Positions 9,047-22,970 of a stretch of 64,000 bases of DNA are shown piece by piece. A program made the position numbers and the translations under genes. The notes beneath the pieces are model-generated. The model did no database searches and was not told the origin of the DNA. It saw nothing but the letters and a program-made list of their open reading frames with translations. This DNA is from an uncultured Acidobacteriota bacterium (GTDB lineage Bacteria > Acidobacteriota > Thermoanaerobaculia > Multivoradales > SZUA-115). How positions within the stretch are numbered: the first letter of the stretch is position 1; each line of letters starts with the position of its first letter. The stretch covers positions 480,001-544,000 of the forward strand of contig CAWDVR010000005.1 in the NCBI GenBank assembly GCA_963805975.1, written 5' to 3'.

Positions 9047-9925
9047 ATGCCCGCTGTGCCTCCCCTCCTGCGATCGCTCCGCCCCGCGCAATGGGCGAAG
9101 AATGCTTTCGTGCTGGCGCCGCTCGTCTTCGCGCGCCGCCTGACCGATCCGGAGGCCTTCGCCGCCGCGCTCCTCGCCTTTGCGGCCTTCTGCTGCGCGG
9201 CGAGCGCGGTCTATCTCGTCAACGACATCCGCGATCGCGAAGCCGACCGCCGCCACCCGCTCAAGAAGCACCGGCCGATCGCCGCCGGCACTCTCGGTGT
9301 GCCGCTCGCCGCCGCCACCGCCGCGATGCTGGCCGTCCTGGCGCTCGCCGCCGCCCTGCGGCTGGGCCCGGCCTTCGGTGGGCTGCTCGGCGCTTACCTG
9401 GTGCTCAACGCGCTCTACTCCTGGCGCCTGAAGCACCTGGTGATCCTCGACGTGATGGCCATCGCCCTGGGGTTCCTGCTGCGCGTGCTGGCCGGCGCCG
9501 CCGCCATCGAGGTCCAGGTGTCGAGCTGGCTGCTGCTCTGCACCATGTTCCTCTCGCTCTTCCTCGCCTTCTCCAAGCGCCGCCACGAGCTGATCCTCAT
9601 GGCCGGCGAAGCCGCCGACCAGCGGCGGGTGCTGTCGCACTACAGCCCGGCCTTCCTCGACCAGATGATCAACGTGGTGACGGCGTCGTCGGTGATCGCC
9701 TACGCGCTCTACGCCGTGGCGCCGGAGACGGTGGAGAAGTTCCACACCGACAGGCTGGTCTACACCCTGCCCATGGTGCTCTTCGGCGTCTTCCGCTACC
9801 TCTACCTGATCTACCAGCGCCCCGGCGAGAAAAACCCCACCGAGGCCATCCTCACCGACCCGCCCTTCCTGCTGAACGTGGTGGTATGGGGGCTGGCGGT
9901 GGTGTGGGTGGTGTACGGGGGGTGA
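9047..9925 (+). CDS. UbiA-family prenyltransferase, decaprenyl-phosphate phosphoribosyltransferase type
   Basis: LRPAQWAKN, YLVNDIRDREADRRHPLKKHRPIAAG, KRRHEL, FRYLYL. The start may be GTG at 9056. Confidence 0.9.
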   Translation: MPAVPPLLRSLRPAQWAKNAFVLAPLVFARRLTDPEAFAAALLAFAAFCCAASAVYLVNDIRDREADRRHPLKKHRPIAAGTLGVPLAAATAAMLAVLALAAALRLGPAFGGLLGAYLVLNALYSWRLKHLVILDVMAIALGFLLRVLAGAAAIEVQVSSWLLLCTMFLSLFLAFSKRRHELILMAGEAADQRRVLSHYSPAFLDQMINVVTASSVIAYALYAVAPETVEKFHTDRLVYTLPMVLFGVFRYLYLIYQRPGEKNPTEAILTDPPFLLNVVVWGLAVVWVVYGG

Positions 9926-9926
9926 G

Positions 9927-12344
9927 CTACTCGCTCTTCAACGTCTCCACCGGGTCCACCCTCGCCGCTCTCCTCGCGGGCAGGTAGCAGGCGGCGAGGC
10001 CGACGGCGGCGAGGAGCGCGGAGACGGTGGCGAGGGTGGCCGGGTCGCCGGGCTCGACACCGTAGAGGAGGCTCGCGAGCCCGCGGCCGAGGCCCAGGCT
10101 GGCGACGAGACCGAGCGCCAGGCCGATGGCGACCAGCGTCAACCCGCGGCGGAGCACCAGGTTGAGCACGTCCGCGCCGCGGGCACCGAGGGCCATGCGG
10201 ATGCCGATCTCCCGCGCGCGCTGCGCGGTGGCGTAGGCCATCACGCCGTAGACGCCCACCGCCGCCAACACCAGCGCCAGGCCGGCGAAGGCCAGGAGCA
10301 GGAAGACTACGAAGCGGGTGGGGGCGAGGGAACGCGATACCAGCTCTTCCATGGTCGCGAGGTTGGCGACCGGCTGCCGCGGGTCGGCGGCCGAGACCGT
10401 GTCCCTGAGCGCCGCGAGGAGCGGCGCCGGATCGGTCTTGGCGCGCACCACCAGCGTCATCCCGCGGCTCGGCCGCTGGGCGAGCGGCTGGTACACCTCA
10501 GGGTCCGGTGCGCGGTCGAGCCGGTTGTCGCGCACGCTGCCCACCACGCCGACGATGGTCCACCACGGCGCCTCGGGGTTCTGCACGTTGCCGATCCGCA
10601 TCCGGCGGCCGACCGGGTCCTCGCCCGCGAAGTAGCGGTCGGCGAAAGCGCGGCTGACGAGCGCCACCTTCTGCGCCGCGGCGTGGTCGCCGGAGTCGAA
10701 GAGGCGGCCGGAAAGGAGCGGGATGCCGGCCGCGTCGAAGTACGAGGGCGAGGCAGCGCGAAAGTCGGTGGGCAGCTCCTCGCCCGGCGCCGGCATCCGC
10801 CCCTCGATGCCGAAAGAGACGTCGATCTGCGAGCCGGAGAGCGGGAGCACCGAGACCGCTCCCACGGCCTCGACATCGGGCCGCGCCAGGAGGCGTGCGG
10901 TCACCTCGTCCAGGAGAGCGCCGGCCTCGGCGGCCTGTGCGAAGCGGGCCTGAGGGAAGTAGAGAGTGCCGGTCGCGAGGCGCTCGGGGTCGAACCCCGG
11001 GTCCACGCGCGACAGCGAGCCCAGGGTGCGCAGCAGCAGGCCGGCGCTCGCGAGGAGCGCCAGCCCGAGGGCGAGCTCGGCCACCACCAGCGACCCGCGA
11101 AGCCGGTTGCCGCCGCTGCTCGAACCACGGGAGCCTTCGCCCATGGCGGCGGCGAGGCGCGGACGGCTGGCACTCAAGGCCGGCGCAAGGCCGAAGAGCA
11201 GGCCCGTCGCCACCGACACCGCGAACGTGAAGCCGAGTACCGTGCGGTCGATGGCCAGCTCCTCGATGCGCGGCGAACCGGCAGGGGCCAGTACGCGCAG
11301 CACGTCGAGGCCCCAGGAGCCGAGCAGCATCCCGAGGGCGCCGCCGGCGAGCGCCAGGAGCAGGCTCTCGGTCAGGAGCTGGCCCACCAGCCGGCCGCGG
11401 TTGGCGCCGAGCGCCGAGCGCACCGCGAGCTCGCGGCGGCGCGCCGTGGCGCGCGTCAGAAAGAGGTTCGCCACGTTGGCGCAGGCGATGAGCAGCACCA
11501 TGGCCACGGCTCCCAGGAGCACCAGGAGCGGCGTCTTCACCGGGCCCACCACCCTGTCGAGGAGCGGGGTGAGCAGGAGACCGACGTCCTTGAGGTCGAT
11601 CGGGTACGCAGCCGCCAGCGCCGCGCCGAGGCGGTCGAAGTCGGCCTGGGCCGCCTGGCGCGAGACGCCGGGCTTCAGGCGCCCGATCACCTGCAGGAAG
11701 TAGTTGCCGCGGTCGTCGGGCACCGGGTCGAAGACGAAGGGCGCGAAGACCTCGGCATCGCCGATGATCGGGGCCCGGAACTCGGCGGGCAGCACGCCGA
11801 TCACCGTGTGCGGCAGGCCGTTCAGGCTGATCGTGCGGCCCACCAGGGTGGGGTCGGAGCCGAAGCGGCGGGACCACAGGCCGTGCGCCAGCACCGCCAC
11901 GCGCTCCTTGCCGGCGCTCTCCTCCTCGGCCCGGAAGCCGCGGCCCACGACCGGCTGCACGCCGAGCACCCCGAAGTAGTCCGCCGCCACTCGCGCGCCG
12001 ATCAGGCTCTCCGGCTGGTCGAAGCCCGCGAGCTCCGGCGCCCAGCCGGTGAACGCGGCCATCCCGGAGAACGACCGGTTCTCCCGCCGCCAGTCCACGA
12101 ACCCGGCGGCGCCCGTCCACTCCTCGCGCGGCCCCCCTTTGGCTTCGTGGTTCTCCCACACCATGAAGAGCTCGTGCGAGCGCGGGAAGGGCAGGGGCTC
12201 GAGCAGCACCGAGTTGACCACGCTGAAGATGGCGCTGTTGGCGCCGATCCCCAGAGCCAGGGTGACCAGCGCCGCCAGCGTGAAGCCGGGGCTCTTCAGG
12301 AACGAGCGGAGCGCGAAGCGGATGTCGGAGAGCAAGTTGCCCAT
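9927..12344 (-). CDS. ADOP-type duplicated MacB/FtsX ABC permease
   Basis: [66 protein letters not shown]; no adjacent ATPase. Confidence 0.93.
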   Translation of the reverse strand: MGNLLSDIRFALRSFLKSPGFTLAALVTLALGIGANSAIFSVVNSVLLEPLPFPRSHELFMVWENHEAKGGPREEWTGAAGFVDWRRENRSFSGMAAFTGWAPELAGFDQPESLIGARVAADYFGVLGVQPVVGRGFRAEEESAGKERVAVLAHGLWSRRFGSDPTLVGRTISLNGLPHTVIGVLPAEFRAPIIGDAEVFAPFVFDPVPDDRGNYFLQVIGRLKPGVSRQAAQADFDRLGAALAAAYPIDLKDVGLLLTPLLDRVVGPVKTPLLVLLGAVAMVLLIACANVANLFLTRATARRRELAVRSALGANRGRLVGQLLTESLLLALAGGALGMLLGSWGLDVLRVLAPAGSPRIEELAIDRTVLGFTFAVSVATGLLFGLAPALSASRPRLAAAMGEGSRGSSSGGNRLRGSLVVAELALGLALLASAGLLLRTLGSLSRVDPGFDPERLATGTLYFPQARFAQAAEAGALLDEVTARLLARPDVEAVGAVSVLPLSGSQIDVSFGIEGRMPAPGEELPTDFRAASPSYFDAAGIPLLSGRLFDSGDHAAAQKVALVSRAFADRYFAGEDPVGRRMRIGNVQNPEAPWWTIVGVVGSVRDNRLDRAPDPEVYQPLAQRPSRGMTLVVRAKTDPAPLLAALRDTVSAADPRQPVANLATMEELVSRSLAPTRFVVFLLLAFAGLALVLAAVGVYGVMAYATAQRAREIGIRMALGARGADVLNLVLRRGLTLVAIGLALGLVASLGLGRGLASLLYGVEPGDPATLATVSALLAAVGLAACYLPARRAARVDPVETLKSE

Positions 12345-12388
12345 GAGCGGAGGCCTCCTCGAGGCATACAAGGGTCGAGGCAACCAGG

Positions 12389-12403
12389 GCAACCCGTGTG
12401 CCA
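12389..12403 (-). promoter_or_regulatory. Sigma-54 -24/-12 promoter for the ADOP permease
   Basis: Minus strand reads TGGCAC-ACGGG-TTGC, an exact consensus match about 45 nt upstream of the ATG, with a GAGGAG SD in between. Confidence 0.75.
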
Positions 12404-12530
12404 GGGGTGGCCCGTGGCCCCGTAGCGCCGGTTTCTCAGGCTCTCGATCGTGGGAGCGTTCGGAAGTGGGAAGGGGCCGTTCCGGGAGCGGACGGGAAGG
12501 CGCAAAGCGGGCGTAGCATAGGATTCGACC

Positions 12531-17120
<4,590 letters not shown>

Positions 17121-17214
17121 GATCGTGGCTGCTCGCCGCCACCACAGGCCTCTGCAAACACGGTATGATCATTCTGGGTATCACGTGTATTACTCTTGGT
17201 ATGAGGAGTAGATA

Positions 17215-17469
17215 GTGACTGTGGCCAGAGCCGCCATCTCTCTCGAAGAACCACTGCTCAAGAGGCTGGACCGTGCCGCACGGGAGCTGGAGCTTCCTCG
17301 CAGCCGCCTTTTGGCGCGCGCGGCGGAAGAATTTCTGGAGCGCTACGAGGCGACGCACCTTCTCGCTCAGCTCAATGCGGCTTACGGCAGCGAACCCTCT
17401 TCCGAAGAGAAGGCCGTCAATCTTCAGCGCAGGCGCTCCCACCGCCGGCAGGTTCAGGGCACGTGGTGA
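17215..17469 (+). CDS. Ribbon-helix-helix (CopG/MazE-type) antitoxin
   Basis: AAISLEEPLLKRLDRAARELELPRSRL...LNAAY; its stop overlaps the toxin start (GTGA). Confidence 0.85.
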   Translation: MTVARAAISLEEPLLKRLDRAARELELPRSRLLARAAEEFLERYEATHLLAQLNAAYGSEPSSEEKAVNLQRRRSHRRQVQGTW

Positions 17470-17822
17470 TCTCGCAGGGCGATGTCTACTGGGTCGAGCT
17501 GGGAGAGCCCGGCGGTCCCGGCCCGGGCTTTCGGCACCCGCACGTGGTCGTACAGAACGATTTGTTCAATTCCAGTGCCATTCAGACGGTCGTGGTCTGC
17601 GCCCTGACCTCGAACTTGAAGCGAGCCAAGGCGCCAGGTAACGTGCTGCTCGCTGAGGGAGAGGCCAACCTGCCTCGTGGCTCGGTGGTCAACGTGTCGC
17701 AGCTCGCCACCGTGGACAAAGACGAGCTGGTCGAGAAAATCGGTTCGCTTGCCCCCGAGCGCTTCCTGGATATCCTGGACGGCATTCACCTGCTGCTGGA
17801 GCCGAGATCCGCTCCCCAGTAG
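17466..17822 (+). CDS. mazF: PemK/MazF-family endoribonuclease toxin
   Basis: QGDVYWV, PGFRHPHVVVQND.FN.S.I.TVVVCALTSN, SVVNVSQL.TVDK. Confidence 0.92.
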   Translation: MISQGDVYWVELGEPGGPGPGFRHPHVVVQNDLFNSSAIQTVVVCALTSNLKRAKAPGNVLLAEGEANLPRGSVVNVSQLATVDKDELVEKIGSLAPERFLDILDGIHLLLEPRSAPQ

Positions 17823-17844
17823 GCGATATCAGGTAGCCACGCCT

Positions 17845-18033
17845 TCAGTAGAACTCCGCGCACGACAGGAAGAACCCGCACCGCGGGTCGGGGCAGTAGA
17901 GCTTGCAGCGGCGCTCGGCCAAGGCGCTGCCGCAGTTGGGGCAGGTGCGGACCAGCTCTTCGGCGGCGGGCATCGGGCGCGCGCTCCGCGACCGGTCCGC
18001 GGCCGGCTGCCCATCTCTCGCCGGCGGGCTCAT
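17845..18033 (-). CDS. Small zinc-ribbon microprotein
   Basis: CPNCG..L.ERRCKLYC...CGFFLSCAEFY. Alternative start ATG at 17973. Confidence 0.7.
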   Translation of the reverse strand: MSPPARDGQPAADRSRSARPMPAAEELVRTCPNCGSALAERRCKLYCPDPRCGFFLSCAEFY

Positions 18034-18161
18034 GCGGTTCATCCTAGACCACTTGCGGCGGCGCCCGGGCCGCGGCGGCACGTTCCGCGCGAGCTTGCGC
18101 TGCGCTCGCTTCGATAGGAGAATGGACCGTTTCCAACCGACCCATCCTGGAGGGCCTGGCC

Positions 18162-19985
18162 TTGACCGAGCGCAAGTTCCGATCCGTCGTCGAGGTCTTT
18201 CACCACCGCGTGCGGGAGAGCGGCGCCAAGGAGGGGATGTGGGGCCGCGGCCCCGACGGCGCCTGGTACGCACTGACCTGGAAGCAGGCCGGGGACCGGG
18301 CGCGCCGCATCGCCTGCGGCCTCCAGGCCCTGGGAATCGAGAAGGGGAACCGCTGCTCGATCCTCTCCACCACGCGGCCCGAGTGGGTGCTGATCGACAT
18401 GGGCATCCTGGCGGCGGGCGGGTCGACCACCACCATCTACACCTCGAACCTGCCGGATGACTGCGCCTACATACTCTCGGACTCGGGCTCGGTCTACTGC
18501 TTTGCCGAGAACGCCTCGCAGGCCGCCAAGCTGGCGGGCGAGAGGGCCCACATCCCGGGCGTCAAGCGGGTGATCTGGATCGACGGCCAGCCGGACGGCA
18601 GCGACCCCTGGATGATGAGCCTGGCGGACCTCGAGCGCCTGGGCGCCGAGTGGGACCAGGCGAACCCCGGGCGCTACGACGAGGTGGCGGCGTCCGTGGG
18701 CCTCGAGGACCTGGCCACTCTCATCTACACCTCGGGCACCACGGGCAAGCCCAAGGGCGTGATGCTGACGCACGACAACTGGGTCTTCGAGGGCGAGGCG
18801 ATCGCCGCCATGAAGCTCCTCGAGGACACCGACAAGCAGTACCTCTTCCTGCCGCTCGCCCACTCCTTCGCCAAGGTGCTCGAGATCGGCTTCATCTACG
18901 TCGGCTGCCCGACGGCGATCGACGGCGACCTCGACAAGCTGGTCGACAATCTCTCCGTGGTCCGGCCGACGGTGATGGGCGCCGTGCCGCGGGTGTACGA
19001 AAAGGTCTACAACCGGGTGGTGGGTGGAGCCAAGGAAGCGGGCGGCCTCAAGTACAAGATCTTCCTGTGGGCGGTCGAGGTGGGGCGCAAGGTGTCGCTC
19101 CTGCGCCAGAACCGCAAGGAGCCGACCGGGCTGCTCAAGCTCAAGCACCGCATCGCGGACAAGCTCGTCTACTCCAAGCTCAAGGCGCGCTTCGGCGGCC
19201 GCATCCGCTACTTCGTCTCCGGCGGCGCCCCCCTCGCCCGCGAGATCGCCGAGTTCTTCCACGCCGCGGACCTCTTGGTGCTCGAGGGCTACGGGTTGAC
19301 CGAGTCCTCGGCCGCGAGCTTCGTCAACCGGCCGGAGAGCTTCAAGTTCGGTACCGTCGGGCCGCCGGTGCCGGGCCTGGAGGTCAAGATCGCCGCCGAC
19401 GGCGAGATCCTGCTCCGCGGGCGCGGCATCATGCAGGGCTACTACAACCGGCCCGAGGACACCGCCGAGGCGCTCGGCGCGGACGGCTGGCTCCACACCG
19501 GCGACATCGGCGAGCTCGACGAGGCCAACCGCCTGAAGATCACCGATCGCAAGAAGGACATCATCGTCACCGCCGGCGGCAAGAACGTGGCGCCGCAGTA
19601 CGTCGAGGGCCAGATCAAGACCGCGACCAACCTGATCTCCCAGGTCGTGATGCTCGGCGACCGGCGGCCGTTCTGCATCGCGCTCATCACCATCAACCCG
19701 GACACGGTGGGCGCCTGGGCCAAGCAGCAGGGCCTCGCCTTCACCGACGCCCAGGACCTGGCGTCCAGGCCCGAGGTCGAGAAGCTCATCTGGGGCGAAG
19801 TGCAGAAGGTCAACGGCCACCTCGCGACCTACGAGCAGATCAAGAAGATCGCCATCCTGCCGCAGGACTTCACCATCGAGAGCGGCGAGCTGACGCCCAA
19901 GATGTCGATCAAGCGCAAGGTCGTCGAGCAGCGCAACGCCGAGCTGATCGAGGGCCTCTACCAGGGCACGCTGGCGGCGATGTAG
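18162..19985 (+). CDS. fadD: Long-chain fatty acid-CoA ligase (AMP-dependent synthetase)
   Basis: IYTSGTTGKPKGVMLTH, SGGAPL, EGYGLTE, GWLHTGDIG, ITDRKKD, ELTPKM. Confidence 0.93.
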   Translation: MTERKFRSVVEVFHHRVRESGAKEGMWGRGPDGAWYALTWKQAGDRARRIACGLQALGIEKGNRCSILSTTRPEWVLIDMGILAAGGSTTTIYTSNLPDDCAYILSDSGSVYCFAENASQAAKLAGERAHIPGVKRVIWIDGQPDGSDPWMMSLADLERLGAEWDQANPGRYDEVAASVGLEDLATLIYTSGTTGKPKGVMLTHDNWVFEGEAIAAMKLLEDTDKQYLFLPLAHSFAKVLEIGFIYVGCPTAIDGDLDKLVDNLSVVRPTVMGAVPRVYEKVYNRVVGGAKEAGGLKYKIFLWAVEVGRKVSLLRQNRKEPTGLLKLKHRIADKLVYSKLKARFGGRIRYFVSGGAPLAREIAEFFHAADLLVLEGYGLTESSAASFVNRPESFKFGTVGPPVPGLEVKIAADGEILLRGRGIMQGYYNRPEDTAEALGADGWLHTGDIGELDEANRLKITDRKKDIIVTAGGKNVAPQYVEGQIKTATNLISQVVMLGDRRPFCIALITINPDTVGAWAKQQGLAFTDAQDLASRPEVEKLIWGEVQKVNGHLATYEQIKKIAILPQDFTIESGELTPKMSIKRKVVEQRNAELIEGLYQGTLAAM

Positions 19986-19997
19986 CCGCGCGCCGCC

Positions 19998-20975
19998 ATG
20001 CAGTGGAAGCTCGCCCGCCGCAGCCGCTTCACCGAGCGCTACCACGAATGGGCCCTGGGCTGGGGCTTTCCGGTGCTGCTGCGGATCGCCCCGGTACTGC
20101 CCATGTGGTCGCTCCGCTTCGGGGCGCGCCTGGTCATCGCGCTGGTGATGGTCGCCTACCCCGCCTCCAAGCGCGACGTCGACAAGAACCTCCGGCAGAT
20201 CCTGGGGCCCGAGGTCTCGCGGCGCGAGATCCGGCGCGCGCGGCGGCGGATGATGCACAACTTCGCCTGCTACTGGGTGGACCTCTTTCGCTTCTCCCAG
20301 CTTCCCTACGAGCGCACGCGTCAGTTCCTCTCCGCGCTGCGCGGGAAGGACAACCTCGAGCGCGCGTTGGCCCAGGGAAAAGGGGTGATCCTGGTCACCG
20401 CCCACCTCGGCAACTGGGAGCTGGGCGGGGCGTTCCTCAAGGAGAAGGACCTCGCCGTCTCCGTGGTCTACGTGGCGGACCAATCGCCCATCACCGAGAG
20501 TTTCCGCGCCCGGCTGCGCCAGGCGATCGGCGTCGAGGGCATCGCCATCAACCCGGCGGCGGACCTCTCGAGCCTGCCCGTGCTGCGGGCCCTGAGGCAG
20601 GGCCGGGTGGTGGCGATGCAGGGCGACCGCGACTTCAACGACCGCGGCGAGTGGGTGGAGTTCTTCGGCGCGGCGGCCCGCTTCCCACTTGGCCCCATGC
20701 TCCTCGCCCGCATGACCGGGGCGGTGCTGCTGCCGATCTTCATCGTCTACGACGAGCGCCACCGCCTGGAGATCGAGCTCGGCGCCCCGATCGCCGTCTC
20801 GACCGTGGGTGACCGCCGGCAGGCGGCGCGCACGGCGCTCGAGCAGTGGGTCCGGGTCCTCGAAGGTGCGGTGCGGCGCTGGCCTACGCAGTGGTTCACC
20901 TTCCACGACTTCTGGGCCGAGTCGCCGCCGGCCGCCGGCGCCGAGGAGCCGGCCGCCCGGCGGGAAGCCGTCTGA
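19998..20975 (+). CDS. Lysophospholipid/lipid A acyltransferase (LpxL/PatA-like)
   Basis: ILVTAHLGNWEL, MQGDRD, VEFFG...FP.GP, P.QWF.F..FW. Confidence 0.9.
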   Translation: MQWKLARRSRFTERYHEWALGWGFPVLLRIAPVLPMWSLRFGARLVIALVMVAYPASKRDVDKNLRQILGPEVSRREIRRARRRMMHNFACYWVDLFRFSQLPYERTRQFLSALRGKDNLERALAQGKGVILVTAHLGNWELGGAFLKEKDLAVSVVYVADQSPITESFRARLRQAIGVEGIAINPAADLSSLPVLRALRQGRVVAMQGDRDFNDRGEWVEFFGAAARFPLGPMLLARMTGAVLLPIFIVYDERHRLEIELGAPIAVSTVGDRRQAARTALEQWVRVLEGAVRRWPTQWFTFHDFWAESPPAAGAEEPAARREAV

Positions 20976-21637
20976 GCCAGCCCACCCTGTTCTCGATCGC
21001 CGGCCGCCCGGCGACGCTGGCCGGGCTCGGGGCGCCGCCGGAGCTGGACGAGCTGGTGCCGGGCACCGGCCCCTGGGAGCTGGAGCTGGGCTTCGGCAAG
21101 GGGCGTTACCTGCTGCGCCGCGCTCTCGAGAGCCCGGAGCGCCGCTTCCTCGGCATCGAGATCGCCGCCAAGTACCATCGCGTCCTGGCCTTGCGCGCCG
21201 GCCGCCGCGGGGCCGCCAACCTCGTCGCGGTGCATGGCGATGCGCTCTATCTCCTCTCGGCCGTGCTGCCGCGCCGCTTCGCGGCGGCGGTCCACGTCTA
21301 CCACCCCGACCCCTGGCCCAAGACCCGCCACCACAAGCGCCGGCTCTTCGATCCCGAGACCGTGGACCTGGTGCTCGGCGCGCTGGTGCCCGGCGGGCGG
21401 CTCTTCTTCGGCACCGACTTCCTCGAGTACGGCGAGAGCGTCGTAGAGATCCTGACCGGCTACCCCGGCCTCGCCATCGAGCGCCTACCCGGCGGCTGGC
21501 CCGAGGGCCCGCGCACCAACTACGAGGCCAAGTATGTGGAAGAGGGGAGGCCCATCTTGCGGATCGTGGCGACCCTGCACGAGACAGCGGACCCGCCAGT
21601 GCTGCACCCCGCGGGGGAGGGTGGGGTGACAGGGTAA
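20972..21637 (+). CDS. trmB: tRNA (guanine-N7)-methyltransferase; start uncertain (CTG 20972 or GTG 21056)
   Basis: ELGFGKG, GIEI, HPDPWPKTRHHKRRL, GTD, TNYEAK. Confidence 0.88.
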   Translation: MSQPTLFSIAGRPATLAGLGAPPELDELVPGTGPWELELGFGKGRYLLRRALESPERRFLGIEIAAKYHRVLALRAGRRGAANLVAVHGDALYLLSAVLPRRFAAAVHVYHPDPWPKTRHHKRRLFDPETVDLVLGALVPGGRLFFGTDFLEYGESVVEILTGYPGLAIERLPGGWPEGPRTNYEAKYVEEGRPILRIVATLHETADPPVLHPAGEGGVTG

Positions 21638-21704
21638 TGCGTGGGTACCGCGACAGATCACCCAATGTGTTCCTCGACCAGCAGCGGTCTGCTTGCTTGG
21701 AGAT

Positions 21705-22175
21705 CTACCAGGTTCTGGATGTTGGCTCGGCCAGCACCCTCCGGTAGATCTCTGACCTCATGATCTCCATGTGGCGCTCCGGTGACGCAAGCTCGCTGAA
21801 GCCAGCCTGGCGGTAGAGCCCGTGGGCGTCGCGGGTCACGAGCATCCAGCGCCGAAGGCCCTGCAGGGGTGGGTTTTCCATCACGCAGCGGATCAGCCAC
21901 TTGCCAAGACCTTGCTCGCGGAACTCCTCGAGCACGTAGACGTCGCAGAGGTAGGCGAAGGTCGCCGTGTCGGTGATCACCCGCGCCAGGCCGATCTGCC
22001 TCGCTCCTTCATAGAGCCCGAAGCAGAGCGAGCCCTGGAGCGCGCGCTGCACAGTCTCGAGCGGGATGCCCTCGGACCAGTAGGCGCGAGTCAGATAGGC
22101 GTGAATTGCGTGGGAGTCGAGCAGGGCTGGATCGGTGGAGATCAGGAAGCTGTCGCGGCGGTGCTCTTCGGACAC
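21705..22175 (-). CDS. GNAT-family N-acetyltransferase
   Basis: ISTDP..LD...IH.YL..AYW, SLCFGLY, ARVITD.ATFAYLCDVYV, R.QGLGKWL, DAHGLY. GTG start after GAGG. Confidence 0.92.
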   Translation of the reverse strand: MSEEHRRDSFLISTDPALLDSHAIHAYLTRAYWSEGIPLETVQRALQGSLCFGLYEGARQIGLARVITDTATFAYLCDVYVLEEFREQGLGKWLIRCVMENPPLQGLRRWMLVTRDAHGLYRQAGFSELASPERHMEIMRSEIYRRVLAEPTSRTW

Positions 22176-22328
22176 GACAGATCCTCTCAGCTCTGCCGCA
22201 CCGAGCGTGCGATCCCGCACTGCGCCGCGAAGTACGTGACCAGGATCGCGGCGGTATCGGCGAGGAACTCCCCGCGATGAGTGCGGGAAGCAACTTCGAC
22301 GCTCGCGCCGGGTTGTCCATCGATCGCC

Positions 22329-22970
22329 TCAACTCACCTCGACACCGACCTCGGCCGCCAGGCGCCGCAGTGTCTGCCTCGTCATCTCGGCCGAAACCAG
22401 CCCCTCGGGCAAATAGGCGACGAGGAGGGCCCGCCGCGTCTCCGGCAGCACCTTCACCCGGTGGCCGTCGGTGATCGGCGTGCCGAACGGGCCCTGCGCG
22501 TCGGCCAGGAGCGGCTTGCCTTCGAGGTCGAGCGGCCCGCGCATCGAGTCCAGCACCTCCCCGGCGCGGCCGGCGCGGAAGGTGACGGGCGGCTCGATCG
22601 AGCCCTCGCGGACGATGCAGCTCGGCACCTTCAGGCTGACCGAGAGGCAGTTGTTGAGGTCCACCAGCGGGTGGATCGCCGGCAGCTCCTCGCCCTTGAG
22701 CACGCGGCGGAGCAGCGCCTCGGAGGAAGGGCGGTAGCGCGTCGGGTCGCAGCCCGCGATGCGAAACAGCTTGCGCAGCGCAGCGGCTACCGGGTCCTCG
22801 CCGAGCTTCTCGAGGTTCACCGCCGCCCGCGCCTCGGTGGCGATCCGAGCGCGGCAGGCGGCGACGGCCTCGGTCTTTGCACCCGCGGTGTCGAGCCCGA
22901 ACCAGACGAGCTCCCAGCCGGGAAGCTCGGAAGTGACGGGGAAGGGTGGTGGCAACGAGTCAGCGGGCAT
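22329..22970 (-). CDS. B3/4 domain protein (PheRS-beta-like trans-editing domain)
   Basis: DPTRYRPSSEALLRRV, LP.IHPLVDLNN, LADAQGPFG.P. Confidence 0.88.
   Translation of the reverse strand: MPADSLPPPFPVTSELPGWELVWFGLDTAGAKTEAVAACRARIATEARAAVNLEKLGEDPVAAALRKLFRIAGCDPTRYRPSSEALLRRVLKGEELPAIHPLVDLNNCLSVSLKVPSCIVREGSIEPPVTFRAGRAGEVLDSMRGPLDLEGKPLLADAQGPFGTPITDGHRVKVLPETRRALLVAYLPEGLVSAEMTRQTLRRLAAEVGVEVS

Noticed and set aside
20972-21058. Possible CTG start of trmB overlapping the upstream TGA
   Set aside because: An in-frame GTG at 21056 precedes the first conserved motif, so a non-canonical start is not required.
18039-21665. 1208-aa minus-strand ORF (and similar long ORFs such as 477-2666, 14156-16117, 54366-56618, 60094-62502)
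   Set aside because: Shadow frames of well-supported genes in very GC-rich DNA; Arg/Pro/Gly-rich or antisense-patterned, with no motifs.
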